Positions 38,866 to 50,860 of a stretch of 64,000 nucleotides of DNA are shown here, piece by piece; position 1 is the stretch's first letter; each line of letters opens with the position of its first letter. The notes under the pieces are model-generated. The model worked only from the letters and a program-made list of their open reading frames with translations, made no database searches and was not told the origin of the DNA. The DNA comes from Callorhinchus milii. Lineage: Eukaryota. The translations under genes were made by a program, and so were the position numbers. The stretch is taken from NCBI RefSeq assembly GCF_018977255.1, contig NW_024704742.1, forward strand, positions 129,954,001-130,018,000. Direction: 5' to 3'.

Positions 38866-38939
38866 AAACTATACAAATATGTTTGATATATCGTTGAGTT
38901 TGAGTAACAACCTAACATAGCAAACATATCAGACAGTCG
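38866..38939 (-). ncRNA. MIR190: miR-190 family precursor, intronic and sense to TLN1; predicted 5p UGAUAUGUUUGCUAUGUUAGGU at 38931-38910
   Basis: 5p differs from miR-190a-5p (UGAUAUGUUUGAUAUAUUAGGU) at 2 non-seed positions; 3p arm CAACGAUAUAUCAAACAUAUU pairs with it over about 20 bp; 11-nt loop. Confidence 0.92.
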
Positions 38940-39407
38940 CTTGTAATAATAATTTGATTTGAAAAACGAATGGTTTTAATCAGTAAATGGACCTGAAGCT
39001 ATGTCTCAGGCCTCGTAAATTTTTTTAATTGTTTTTTTGGTCGGCCGGGTATCTGACACATGTGGAAACCCATCACCGTGCTTAAAAGTATCCAAACCAA
39101 ACTGAGAATTCCATGCATCCCATCTATACATAGAAATTCCAGAGATAGACTGTTGGGATGGAATGCGCACTCTCTCCCTGGAGAGACGGATCCTGCTTAC
39201 CTAATTCCGGAAAGTATTAGGTTGGCAAGAGACAAGGCTTGGGGGAGCTCAGGGTGTGCGTTGGGGCTAACTGCTGGCCTCATAGGGCTCACAAATAAAC
39301 CCCTCACGCCACGGAGCTATAGTACTAGAGGTCACTTGAGCCCCACGCTGCAGGAATGCAATGAAAACTCAGATTGCAGGAGCTGTGCGCTCAATAAGCC
39401 GCATTAC

Positions 39408-39727
39408 ATAATAATAAATAATCCTTGCATTTTGATGTAGCACTTTTCACATCCTGTTGGCGTCTCAAAGCGCTTCACAGAATAGACTGTAAAGTGAATT
39501 GACCGTATATATTTGTGGGCAAATCGCGGCAGCCAATTGCGCAAAGAGGTGTCCCACAAACAGTCATTGATTAAAAATGACCAATTTATTATTGTTTTTT
39601 TGTTTTGGAGGGATTATTATTAGGCGTGTGGAGTAAGGAAACTTGCCCAAGGTTTCGCCTGCCTAGAACTGAACCCAAGTGTCTCGCTTGCAAGTCGAGT
39701 GCTCTAACCACTGAGCTACAGGATTCC
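39408..39727 (-). mobile_element. Full-length tRNA-derived SINE
   Basis: Same family as 16198-16522. Confidence 0.88.
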
Positions 39728-39900
39728 ACATGGGGTTGATATGCAGAAGGGCAGTTGCAGGATTCCTCTCTGATGTATGCCTAAAGAGGCCCACAATTGG
39801 TCTCAATGTCCCTGAAGTGGATGGGAAAATTGACCACGCTGACGTCCAGGTGATCCACGCTATACTGCTGATCGGCAGTGTTTTCAACAATTAGGCTTAC

Positions 39901-40025
39901 CTTGGGTTTCGCCCTTGGCTTCAGCTGTTCGAGCTTCTTGGCTGCAGCCTCAATAGCAGCAGCAGCTCCCAGCAACTCATTCTCAGCGATGACCGTCGGG
40001 TCTTCAGGATCTACCCATTCAGTGC
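39901..40025 (-). CDS. TLN1: Talin-1 exon (G)TEWVDPEDPTVIAENELLGAAAAIEAAAKKLEQLKPRAKPK
   Basis: 125 nt, phase 1/0; AENEL/AAAAIE residues match TLN1 rather than TLN2. Confidence 0.97.
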
Positions 40026-40724
40026 CTGAGGGGTGAAACCAGAACAACCGCTTTAACAACACAACCCAAGCTATGGGAGATCATTTCCCTTCATCGGTGG
40101 CCTGCACAAAATCATAGTGTTTAATGTCTCATCCGTGCACCCTGGCATTGTGACAAATCATCCCCACCTCAATTTGAGGTTGGTTTGTCAGCGCCTTGGG
40201 ACGTCCTCCCGACGTGAAAGGCGCTCTATAAATGGAATGTTGTTGTTGTTGTTGTTGTTGTCCAAAAGTGATCTACAGGTGGCATTTTATGCAAGAAACA
40301 GAGAGAGAGAAAAAAGAATAAGTCAGCCTCTTTGTCCCAAGCTAATTTGATACTCTGTGTTCCAGAGAAACAACATGCACAGATTTGTATTCATCCTCAT
40401 CCTCCCCTCCCGAAGTGAGGTCTTTTCAATAGACTCAGTTGTACCAGTTTGAAAGTCGTTGCAAGCATTGTATGTCTGAGGTTTGCGCCATTTTATTGAA
40501 CTCAATCTTACACAAGGGCCAGGAGTGGGACAGCAGCTTAGCACCATTCCTTGAAACCGTCCTTGCCACAAACACATCACAACCCAAGATGGCATTAAAC
40601 CACATGGCACCACATTAGAACTTCATCCACTTGACTGGATGACTCTCTCCCTCCCCTTCCACCTCCCCCCAGTGCAGCAACTTCAACTGGTGGCATTCCA
40701 TATAAAGAAATCAATTGACGAAGA

Positions 40725-41043
40725 TATTATAATAATAATAATCCTTGCATTTGATATAGCACTTTTCACATCAGGTGGACGTCCCAAAGCGCTTCACAGA
40801 ACACACTGTAAAGTGAATTGACTGTATATTTGTGGGCAAACGCGGCAGCCAATTGCGCACAGCAATGTCCCACAAACAGTCGTAGATTGAAAATGACCAA
40901 TTTATTATTGTGTTTGGTGTTGGAGGGATTATTATTAGGCGTGTGGAGTAAGGAAACTTGCCCAAGGTTTCGCCCTGCCTGGAATTGAACTCGGATCTCT
41001 CGCTTGCAAAGCGAGTGCTCTAACCACTGAGCTACAGGACTCC
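40725..41043 (-). mobile_element. Full-length tRNA-derived SINE
   Basis: Same family as 16198-16522. Confidence 0.9.
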
Positions 41044-41651
41044 TGATTCCTGACTCCTGATATTCTAAAACATTACATCATAACAAATTGTAAATCAGTG
41101 AACCTTACAAGACACTGACTGGGCAAACAATAACCTTCAAAACTATGAATATGTTGGGGTCTAGTCAATTCTAGGAATTTCTTAGTTTATGAATTTGTTT
41201 GTGTGCGTGTGTTTTTAAGCTTCATTTTTTTGCTTGTCGACTCCCGTAGTCAAAACATTCACTCAGCTAGATTGGAGAACACCCAACGCTCTCACTTTGC
41301 CAAAGACCAAATGCCAATTACATTAAGTCAGTGTTGAAGATATGAAGTATTTCTCTCCCCAGAATGTGTACGTGTGAGTGTGTACACGCATGCAAGGCTT
41401 GAACCAAGATTGAAGAGAATTGTACTGTAATTACATTATGCACTTGAACAAATAGATATAGAAGGATAACGTGCAATTTCATTAGGTTCATTGTGTAATT
41501 CAGTTTGAGGCTGTTTGTGGGACATTGCTGTGTGCAAAGCAGCTGCTGAGTTCACCTGCAAAATTCATAGTCACTACACTTCACAACATATCCCATGAGA
41601 CATCCTCCTGACATGAAAGGAACTATATCAAATACAAGGAATAATTATAAC

Positions 41652-42355
41652 TGTATTGGAGTTGAGGAGATCAGTGAGGAGAGCGTTGGGAAAGTACTCT
41701 CCTAGAGATAGTGCCCCGGATGTGGGATTCATCAGCGCTGATGGCAAAGGAGGGAGGGAAGCCGGCAATGTTTCAGAGAGGAAAAGAATATCGTCCCTCA
41801 ATTCATGGGATCTGGGAGTTAAACAGTTCATGTCAAGGGCTATGCCAAAGAATGGACACCACTTGGTTAAGCTAGAACAAGCAACTGGAGAGAGCCACAG
41901 TCAAAGCACCTCAATGTTGGCAAGAGGCAGACGGTTTTAGTTTCGCCGACATGATGTGTAAAAAACGTGGGTTCCATTGGGACTTGATGTCAGACATGGC
42001 AGACAGACAGAAGAGCAATGACCCTGGAATCGAGGGGATACAAGTAGAATTAAATCATCAGTGGAGTGGACATGGATCAGCTGCAGAGCATGCTATGCAT
42101 TTACCCTGCGAGACGTGGAGAGCTCAGAGTGCTGCTAATTAAAGAGTAAAATGCGATCTGAAATTAAACCCTTGGAGCTGCAATGCGATACACAAGCTTA
42201 TCGTGTTCGACAGTCTCAATGCAGTGGGGATTTACAGACTGAATTGCAGCCTGAGATGAATAAAAGTTTCGCTGTTTGCAGAATTGTCTCCAAAACAGAC
42301 CCAAGTCAAAGAAATACTGATGCGAATGTCTCACACTCACACCGACAGTAAAACA
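41652..42355 (+). mobile_element. Solo LTR (704 bp)
   Basis: TGT...ACA termini, flanking 5-bp direct repeat ATAAC (41647-41651 and 42356-42360), AATAAA at 42259-42264. Confidence 0.7.
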
Positions 42356-42708
42356 ATAACCACCGCATTTGATTTAGAGCACTTCACGTCGGGAGGATGT
42401 TTCAAAACGCTTCATGGGATTTGTTGTAAAATGCAGCAACTGTGAATTGCGTAGGTGAAGCCCTATAATGTCTTCCTTTACCTCCTTTCCCTCTCTTTCC
42501 CCTCTTTAAATCACGACCGAGAGCATTCCTCTTCGACCGTGCTTACAGGCACCTCCTCCGTTTCCCTGGCTCGGAGTCAGGTTCCGCCACTGTTAAGCTC
42601 TCTGAGACGCTGCCCCGCGTGAAGGGCGCTATATAAATTCAAGTAGTTGTTGTCTTCTCTATTAGCTCAAGGAATCCTATTGTCCTGTGCCCCCCAGGCC
42701 CTCCTTAC

Positions 42709-42814
42709 CCTTCATGGCCTCTGCGGCCTGGATGAGCTCAGTGACAGAGCCAGCTACACGTTTGGAATATGCGGCAAGTTGCTGCTTGAGTTCTGGTGAT
42801 GGCTTTTGAAGAAT
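42709..42814 (-). CDS. TLN1: Talin-1 exon ILQKPSPELKQQLAAYSKRVAGSVTELIQAAEAMK(G)
   Basis: 106 nt, phase 0/1, GT-AG. Confidence 0.96.
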
Positions 42815-45602
42815 CTGTAGAGAAGACAGACAAGTCCGAAAAAAATTAATTGTTTTGCTTCAATAAAACGTCTCCTTATTAATCCTCCTAAAGATACCTC
42901 AAAGCCGATATTCTGTTCCACACCATAAATTACCAGCTAATATCTTGAGGCATCTTCGAAGATTAATTTGATTCTCGGTTACCATGTCTATTTATAAACA
43001 TCAGTAAAACAACGTAATTGAGGTGAGGAAATGTCAAACTTTTGCACTGAGCCCAAAGTGGCTTTTAGATCTCCTTTAATGTGAAAAATGGGGAAAGAGC
43101 AGGGAATTGGGATTAGAGTAGTTAGCTCTGCAATTTCTAAGATTCTATGAACCTGCTGTGGTTATTATAGCATAACCCTATCATTGCCGCCCTGTCTCCC
43201 TCAAAAATAAAATGTTCTTAAGAGTTATGCAGTCTTAATTCCAACTATTAACACAGTCACTTGGGGTCTTATTCATAATGCCCCCAAGTCCAAGTAGAAG
43301 GAGGCTGTATAAACACTACCATGTTTTGTGGAGCTTCATATTGAACATTGCCTCTTACCAAATCATAAGTAAACTAACAGGTAAATCTACTGCATTACAA
43401 TCTGGGTAAACGAAGGCTCAGGATCCTATTAATGAGGGCAGGAAACCTGATCTTTAAGTTCTGCACATTTTGGCATCTTGATTTGACATTCAAAATTAAA
43501 GAGCAATGTAAACGAGAATATCAGACTGCAGAGTACACTATTACTGACAACAGATTTCAAACCTACTTTGAGAGGGTAACCTTTTCTTTTCAATTTGAAT
43601 TTTAAGGCAGAAGCAAATTCTGCTGTAAAGAAAAAAAGTTTTATCCTTTCCCGCTTTTATCATGTGTTTTCTCCTGTTTAAGCCACTGAGATTGTCTTTG
43701 ACACAAGCTATTTTGATGTTAAACCTTCCTCCCTCTGTGCTCTGAAATGTCCTATAAAGGGAACAGCTGACTTATTTTCCATAAATTGCTCATGGCTTCC
43801 GACATTCAGCTGTCATCGCCTTCATTTAAAGAGCACAGGTTGATACTCAAATTCCTCTCCCTTCAGCAAAGCCAAGGCTGAGATCAGGATCTGATCTGAA
43901 ATGAAATTACTACCAGTGCGCAACTTTTACAGGCTGAACCCCCCCCCCCCCCCCGCCCCCCCAACCCCTCCCCCATTGAATACCCTGGATTGCTGATCGT
44001 GTGGGTGTACTGTGGACCATACACTTCATATGCTGAATAACAGACTTCCTGCATGTTGCATTCCATTTGCAAGAAACATCACCCAGTCATCACTTTGTGA
44101 AGGAAGTAAGGTCAGGAGCAAGATAATGATCCTGGAAGCGGTTGACCGGTGGCCATTTTGTCCGCATGCCTCCTTGTAACACACGACCAGAGCTTACAGA
44201 CCCAAGACCATGTTATAAAGGTGGTGGTGAGCGAGGGAGGGGCGGCAATAATGAGCTCAATATACAATATTTCCTCCACCTGCTTTCATGGCTTTTGGGA
44301 AGCAAATATCAAAAGCCATTGAATTTGGGAATATTCATAAAATGGCTAACCAATTTCAACTGAGGCAGAGAGCTTGCTGGATTCAAAAACATACAAAATT
44401 TAGCCCATAAAAATCCAATTTGCAAATATCGCATATTAGGCCTCAAATTTGAATGGATTTTTGAGTGACAGCCAACCCAAAAGAATCTCGGAAATCTCTC
44501 TATACTCACTGAGCTTATTACTGACAAAGCGGCCCAAAAATAATTCGCAATTCTGTGCATTCTGTGCTTTCATCAAAAAAATGCATGCAATGGAGCTGGA
44601 AATCAGAACACAAGCATGCCATAACACATCTCAGCACTAATCCACAAGCCAGTGCTGTTTGCTCAACACATTGTATTTCCATCTGGTGCTATCGATATGT
44701 TATGTTTGACCAAGCTCCACACAGCTGAGTTTACATAAAGTAACATGTTAGTAGTTCAGGTTAGGGAGGGGGAATTCAATGGGAAAAAAATTATCATTTC
44801 ATCCCTGGAATGAAACTCCACCGTAAGAAGTGAAATTATATTTTTTCAATAATGCAGACATGACCTATTGATATTACAGTATATAGAGCAACTGAATCTA
44901 TTCTAAAACAAGCTCACAAAAAACAGAATTCATCCCCTAAAGTGGTCAACTCCAAGCATCCTCTCACAGTTGTAGGGAGTGGAATTTATTGATATTTCAT
45001 CATATTTCTAAAAAGGTTGGAAAATGGACATCAGATTCAATGAACTGGGTAAAATTTATCAGCAAAGTTTGGTGTGGTGACGCCGTGTGTGAGAACACTC
45101 TGAAATGTTCAATTAAATTACCATCCACCCTGAAAGTTAGTTTCCTCCCAAGAACCCACAGACAGAAGGGGCAACCATCAGATTGCTAAAGTTTTTGTTT
45201 AGTTAAATTAGCAATAAAACTACTCCATTTCACCCTTTTTTTCCCACAAATATTCATTAACCCCCCAACACCAGACCCACTAGGAACATTTCTTAATATG
45301 GTAAACAGGATCCTGGATAAGCTCTCCCTCTCCTTCCCCTCCACCACCCAATGGGGCAGATATAAGTTAGACTAAAAATCTCTGCTGTTAAGATTGACTT
45401 TGTATTTCTAGCCTCAAGGAGACACTGCATGTTTGGTCAGCCATATGATTCTGTCCTACAACTGCATCTGGGATGTTGACCACTGATGGAATTAATGCTA
45501 CGCCTCTTCTCAAGTTCCCGTTCCCTATATCTGTACACACTCATGCACAAGGAGTGAGAGCAGAGGCACATTGCCTGCTGCAACACACTCAGGGCTACTC
45601 AC

Positions 45603-45605
45603 CGG
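45603..45605 (-). CDS. TLN1: Candidate 3-nt alternative microexon of talin-1 (CCG, Pro)
   Basis: Long pyrimidine tract, tttcaaag|CCG|gtgagt, about 150-nt AG-free zone upstream, TGCATG about 55 nt downstream. Confidence 0.45.
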
Positions 45606-46341
45606 CTTTGAAATAAAGAGGAAGGAAAAATATAAGATGGATGGGGTGGGGAAAATAGAAGAAAAGAAAGGGGAAACAAAACACATAGGTGATTCAACAA
45701 AGATGTAATGCAACAAACAAACAAACAAACAAAAAAATGTGGAACGATGGAAGGTTTGCTTTTTTTTAATAAAAACAAAGTCGAAAAACATATTCCCCAC
45801 TTAGGTCCTTGAGGTGCCTGGGATTGATGCTGAAATGTTACTTTCCAAAATTATTCTCTGACACAATGATAGCACCCAATCTATATAGGAATAATCCTTG
45901 CATTTGATGCAGTGTCTTATCACATTGTCAAAACGTCCCAAAGTGATTCACCTGATTTAATGTAAAATGCAGTGACTGTGTTTTGTAGGCAAACTGAATT
46001 AACAGAATGAAATGAACTTATCACGGGTTAGTTTACACTTCCCAGAAGCTCTCTGAAGAAAGTGCATTCTTCATTTTACACTTTAAAATGCATATTTTAA
46101 TATTAAGATCCTCAAAGAATTGAACAATCAAATGCAGAGGGTGCTTTCCTTGCTGAATGTTTTTCTCTCTTATTAAAAAAGCTAAAGCTCTACAGAATTA
46201 ACATTTTGGATGGATGCTTTCCCCCCACTCCCTACATTTTGAGAGCAAGGAGAATGAAAACGGAGAGAGAGAAAAAAAAAGTTTGACCTTTTAGAAGAGC
46301 TTAAACCATTTAAAGCACGCTGCAAGCTCGCCAATACTTAC

Positions 46342-46449
46342 AACAAGAACGTGCTCCAAAAGACCCAGATATCCTTCCGAACATTCTTTGCCAAAACGCA
46401 GGGCGCGGGCGCGAACATCTGGGGACACCTCTGGATGATGGGCTGCTTG
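46342..46449 (-). CDS. TLN1: Talin-1 exon QAAHHPEVSPDVRARALRFGKECSEGYLGLLEHVLV
   Basis: 108 nt, GT-AG. Confidence 0.95.
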
Positions 46450-47034
46450 CTGCAAAGAAGTCAAGTGAACAAAACATCATTATTACATATTTAACTACTG
46501 AATATAGCTGCTAGTTACGAGTACAACACCTGAAGGTGGGTACACAAGCACTCAGCCAGCACCTCTGGATTTTATATCTGAGTAAAAGTCGCCACCTGAA
46601 CTGGTCCTTCACAAGTATTTCAACTCCCCAAAGGGCTCAATTCACAAAGTTGCTGTTGAACACAAAACTGAGCTGTTACAGACCGAGAAGACCCCAGTTT
46701 CAATTTTGGCCAGTGCTGAGTTTGCTGATCTCAGCTGGAGCTACAATTGACCACAATGTCCCTGGGGCTGAGCAGAAGAGGGCCGTTTGTGTACATGTGC
46801 GAGACAGAGAGAAAGAAGAATGACACAGTCAGCGTTAAAGTTCTTGACCATATCCAGTGACCATCCCTTGATGTGACTACACGTGGAGGTCGAGTGTGGA
46901 CAGGATAGGCTCAGCTGCAATACTCTCAGTGACTAAATATGTCATTACCTAATGTTCAGGATTGCAAATGAAGAGCAACAATTTGGGTGAGATACTAGTC
47001 AGCCAATTCCTTAGAAATTATCATGGTCAGCCAA

Positions 47035-47430
47035 TGCTAATAATAATCCTTGCTGATGTGGTACCCTTCACATTAGGAGAATGTCTCAAAATGCTTCAAA
47101 GGATTTACTGTAAAATGTACTGACTTTGCATAATTGATTGCTGCGTTCTACTACAAAATACAACGTCCCACAAAACTGCCATGACCAATTTTATTTGTGG
47201 GATTGTTGGGCAGGGGGAATCTCCCACTCTTTTCAAATAGTGCCACGGGACCTTTACGATGACCTGAATAGGTAGAAGGGACCTTGGTGTAACATCTCAC
47301 CTCAAGTACGGCACTTCCAACAACCCTCAGCACGGCACTGGAGGGTCAGACTGGACTAAGTGTGTTCAAAGTCTTGATGTGGGGCTTGAACCCACAACCC
47401 TCTGATGAGGTAGGAGAATGCTACCAACAA
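47035..47430 (-). mobile_element. DeuSINE-like SINE
   Basis: Reverse-complement similarity to 3439-3855. Confidence 0.65.
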
Positions 47431-47488
47431 GGCCAGTCTGATGCCCGATGATATAAAAAAAATACTACTGGTATTGCAGCTAAGTTAC

Positions 47489-47674
47489 CTTGCAAGAGTG
47501 AAGCATCTCCGCGATAGCTTTGCGACTGAGATTGGCAGTTGCAATGACATCCTCTTGACGGCAGGAGTTTCCTGCTGCCACTGCTTTAGCTGTTGCAACG
47601 GTAATGCCTTTAGTCATACGGATGAATTCCTCAGGTGTAGAGGTGTGTGGTGGCGGATCTCTGGAGGAGAACAC
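47489..47674 (-). CDS. TLN1: Talin-1 exon VFSSRDPPPHTSTPEEFIRMTKG...AEMLHSCK
   Basis: 186 nt, GT-AG. Confidence 0.97.
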
Positions 47675-48246
47675 CTGAAAAAAAACAAGGGGATCGTCAA
47701 TGAATTGGCAAAATCTTCCATTCACCTTCTTTATGCTGTCCCTTCCCTGCCTACAACATATATATTTAATGGCTGGAAGTAAGACTTTCACAACTCCAAC
47801 CCATGACCTGTGTCAAAATAGTACCTGCAGATGATCTTCAAGCATGACAAATAACAAATGTAATTTGTAATCAGATCACCCCTCAACCTCCTAAACTCAA
47901 GGGAATGTAAGCCAGGTGTATGCAACCTGTCTCATAATTTATTCCTTTAAGCCCTGGTATCATTCTGGTGAATCTGCGCTGTACCCTCTCCAGAGCCAAT
48001 GTATCTTTCCTGAGGCGTCATGCAGACCAAAAGGTCGCAGGACTGATATTTTGTCTATGCTGAATTAGATGCACTCACCCAAGGTCACAGTTGGGGATTT
48101 GCAATCGAGATCAGAGTTCTAAAGATAATGTTAGGGTTTTCACTTCTGATAGCTACGCAGACACTCCTACTGGAAGGTATCCATTAGGACATGAGGAGAG
48201 GACAATTTGCCAACATTCATTGTCAAGGCTCTCCATTGCATTTAGG

Positions 48247-49613
48247 CAACAACAACAACAAGATTGCATTTATAGAGCACCTTTCACGTTGGGAGGACGT
48301 CCCAAGGCGCTGGACAGTTGGGTCGGGACCCGAGTAGGGGGGAAATGGTCAAGGTGAGGGAAGGGAGGGAGGGAGCGAGGAGGGGGTAGAGAGTCGAGAG
48401 GGGAGGTGAAGGCACGGTTGAAGAGAAAGGTCTTGAGACCGGCCTTGAAGGAGGAAAGGGAGGAAGCAAGGCGAAGGCACTGGGGGATAGAGTTCCAGAG
48501 CCTCGGGGCTGAGAGGCTGAAAGCCCCGTCACCAATGGTAGGGCGGGGGATGTGGAGCAGACCGGTGCTGGAGGAATGGAGGGTACGGGCAGGTAATTAG
48601 GGGGATAGTAGGTCGGAGAGGTAGGAGGGAGCAAGGCCGTGAATGGCCTTGTAGGTGAGGATGAGGATCTTGAATTCGATCCTCTGGGGGATGGGGAGCC
48701 AGTGGAGGCGAGCGAGGGTGGGAGTGATGTGTTCCCGAAGCCTGGTGCGGGACAGTACACGAGCTGCAGAGTTCTGAATGACCTGCAGCTTGTGGAGGGA
48801 GGTGCCGGGAAGGCCGACGAGGAGAGAGTTCCCGTAGGTGAGGTGATAAAGGCGTGGACCAGTGTTTCAGCAGCGTGAGGGGTGAGGTAGTGCCGTAGTC
48901 TGGCGATGTTCCGCAGGTGGTGGAAGGCGGTGCCAGTTGTGGCGCGGATGTGGGGAAGAAAGGACAGCTCAGGGTCGAACAGAACACCGAGGCTCCTGAC
49001 TGGCTTTGAGAGGTGGAGAGTGCAGCCTTGGATGCTGATGCTGTCAGCGCTTGAGGAGCGGAGGCGCTGACGTGAGCCAATCAGGAGGGCCTCAGTTTTG
49101 CGCACGTTGAGCTGAAGAAAGTTGTCTCTCGTCCAGGACTCGATGTCGGACAGGCAGCTGTCAGGACATCGGTGGTCGTGGAGTTGAGGGTAGAAGAGGA
49201 AAGGTAGAGTTGGGTGTCATCCGCATACATGTGGAAGTTAACCCCATGTCTGCGGATGATGTCACCGAGGGGGAGCATATAGAGGGTGAAGAGGAGGGGA
49301 CTGAGGACAGAGCCCTGAGGGACACCGCACGAGACAGTGCGGGAGCTGGAGGAAAAGCCGTTAGCGTAGACAAAATGAAGACGGTGGGAGAGGTAGGACC
49401 TAAACCATTCAAGGACAGGGCCTTGAAGGTTGAGGTGGGAGGACAAGCAGTGGAGGAGGATAGAGTGGTCGACAGTATCGAATGTGGCCGATAGGTCGAG
49501 GAGGACGAAGAGGCAGAGGGAGCCCTGGTCTCAGATGGTCAAGATGTCATTAGTGATCTTGACCAGGGTGGTTTCCGTGCTTTGGGCAGCACGGAAACCC
49601 GACTGGAGTGGTT
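48247..49613 (-). mobile_element. 5'-truncated L2 LINE with reverse transcriptase remnant (frameshifted)
   Basis: [46 protein letters not shown]; (ttg)n tail. Confidence 0.95.
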
Positions 49614-50217
49614 CAAAAAGTGTATTAAGAGGGCCACCATTATATTAAGAGGGCCCCCATTGATAATAAATTTATTACCCAAAATAATAAATTCACTCAA
49701 TTCACGAATGTTTGTGAGACACTGCTGTGCGCAATTGGCTGCTGCATTTCATCCAGAAAATAGTCAATTCACTTTACAGTATATTCTGTGAAGCGCTTTG
49801 AGACATCTTGAAGATGTAATGAGGCGCTATATCAAATGCAAGGAGTATTATTATTGAACTATAATAATTTATGCAACTGATACAGAGCTGGTGATGTCGA
49901 AAAGGGTGAGTATTTGCAGGCACACCCAGCAGTCAATCTGCACATAGCAATGAACTTGAGGAGAAGTGGGGGGCAATCAAGAGAAGTGAACAGAAGGGGG
50001 AAATTTTCCACAATAAGGAAAATCTAGAAATATAAATACATCCGAAGCAACAAATCACAACTTACATTTACACAAAAAAAATTAAAAAGATCAACAAGGA
50101 ATCTACAAACCAACTGAAGTCTTTTTTTGACAACAAAAAAGTGCCTCGGAGGCACAGAGGTTCTCTATAATAAGCAGCGCTTTGCTCTTTTAAAGAGACT
50201 GAATGTGCAATACATAC

Positions 50218-50334
50218 TGCAAGCTCCTGACGGATGTGCTCAGTGGTCGCTTCCAAGGCTCTGGTGCCTCGAGTGGCTTCATCTTCCACCGCCTTCACTG
50301 TCTTCAGTAGAGACGTCACATTGGTCACCATAAC
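50218..50334 (-). CDS. TLN1: Talin-1 exon VMVTNVTSLLKTVKAVEDEATRGTRALEATTEHIRQELA
   Basis: 117 nt, GT-AG. Confidence 0.97.
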
Positions 50335-50734
50335 CTAACATGGAGAGATTGAGAGGACAGACATCAGTGCTCATTAAAGGCATATTCTTGCCTTTAAGTT
50401 GGTGTGTGTATTTGTTTGTGGGAGGAGGAGGGGGTGAATGGAAAAGGGATTGTCATTAAGAGAATGAATAGTGAGTTTCTCAGTCACAGAGGGAGAGACC
50501 CACACAATACATCAGCAACAAATTCTTGCATTTATATAGTGTCCTTCACACAGGAGAGTGGCTCAGAGCGCTCACACACAAAGAACTGCCACTTTAAACA
50601 AGATACCAGAGGGCACCTGTGGCACTGTACACCCTTACACAAAGCACTCATGCATTTAGGAAAGGCATGGAGTGAAGCAACAGATTTAGGGATTTCAACT
50701 ACACCAGACACGGGGTTTTGTTTAGCAATCTCAC

Positions 50735-50860
50735 CTTGGCCGCATTCTTGAGCTGATACATGGACGGATCATCCGGAGCCTTTCCAGCGGCGCCCTTTGT
50801 GGCACTGATGAGATCTCCCAGGGCCTTTGCCACATCTTTCACCGCATTGATCAGCACGAC
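50735..50860 (-). CDS. TLN1: Talin-1 exon VVLINAVKDVAKALGDLISATKGAAGKAPDDPSMYQLKNAAK
   Basis: 126 nt, GT-AG. Confidence 0.96.

Noticed and set aside
43884..44072. ORF MQMECNMQEVCYSAYEVYGPQ... as an alternative talin exon
   Set aside because: No pyrimidine tract, weak donor, 65 nt not frame-preserving
48284..49446. Long ORFs (273, 183, 121 aa) as a host or retron-type RT gene
   Set aside because: Frameshifted, 5'-truncated L2 ORF2 with a typical tail
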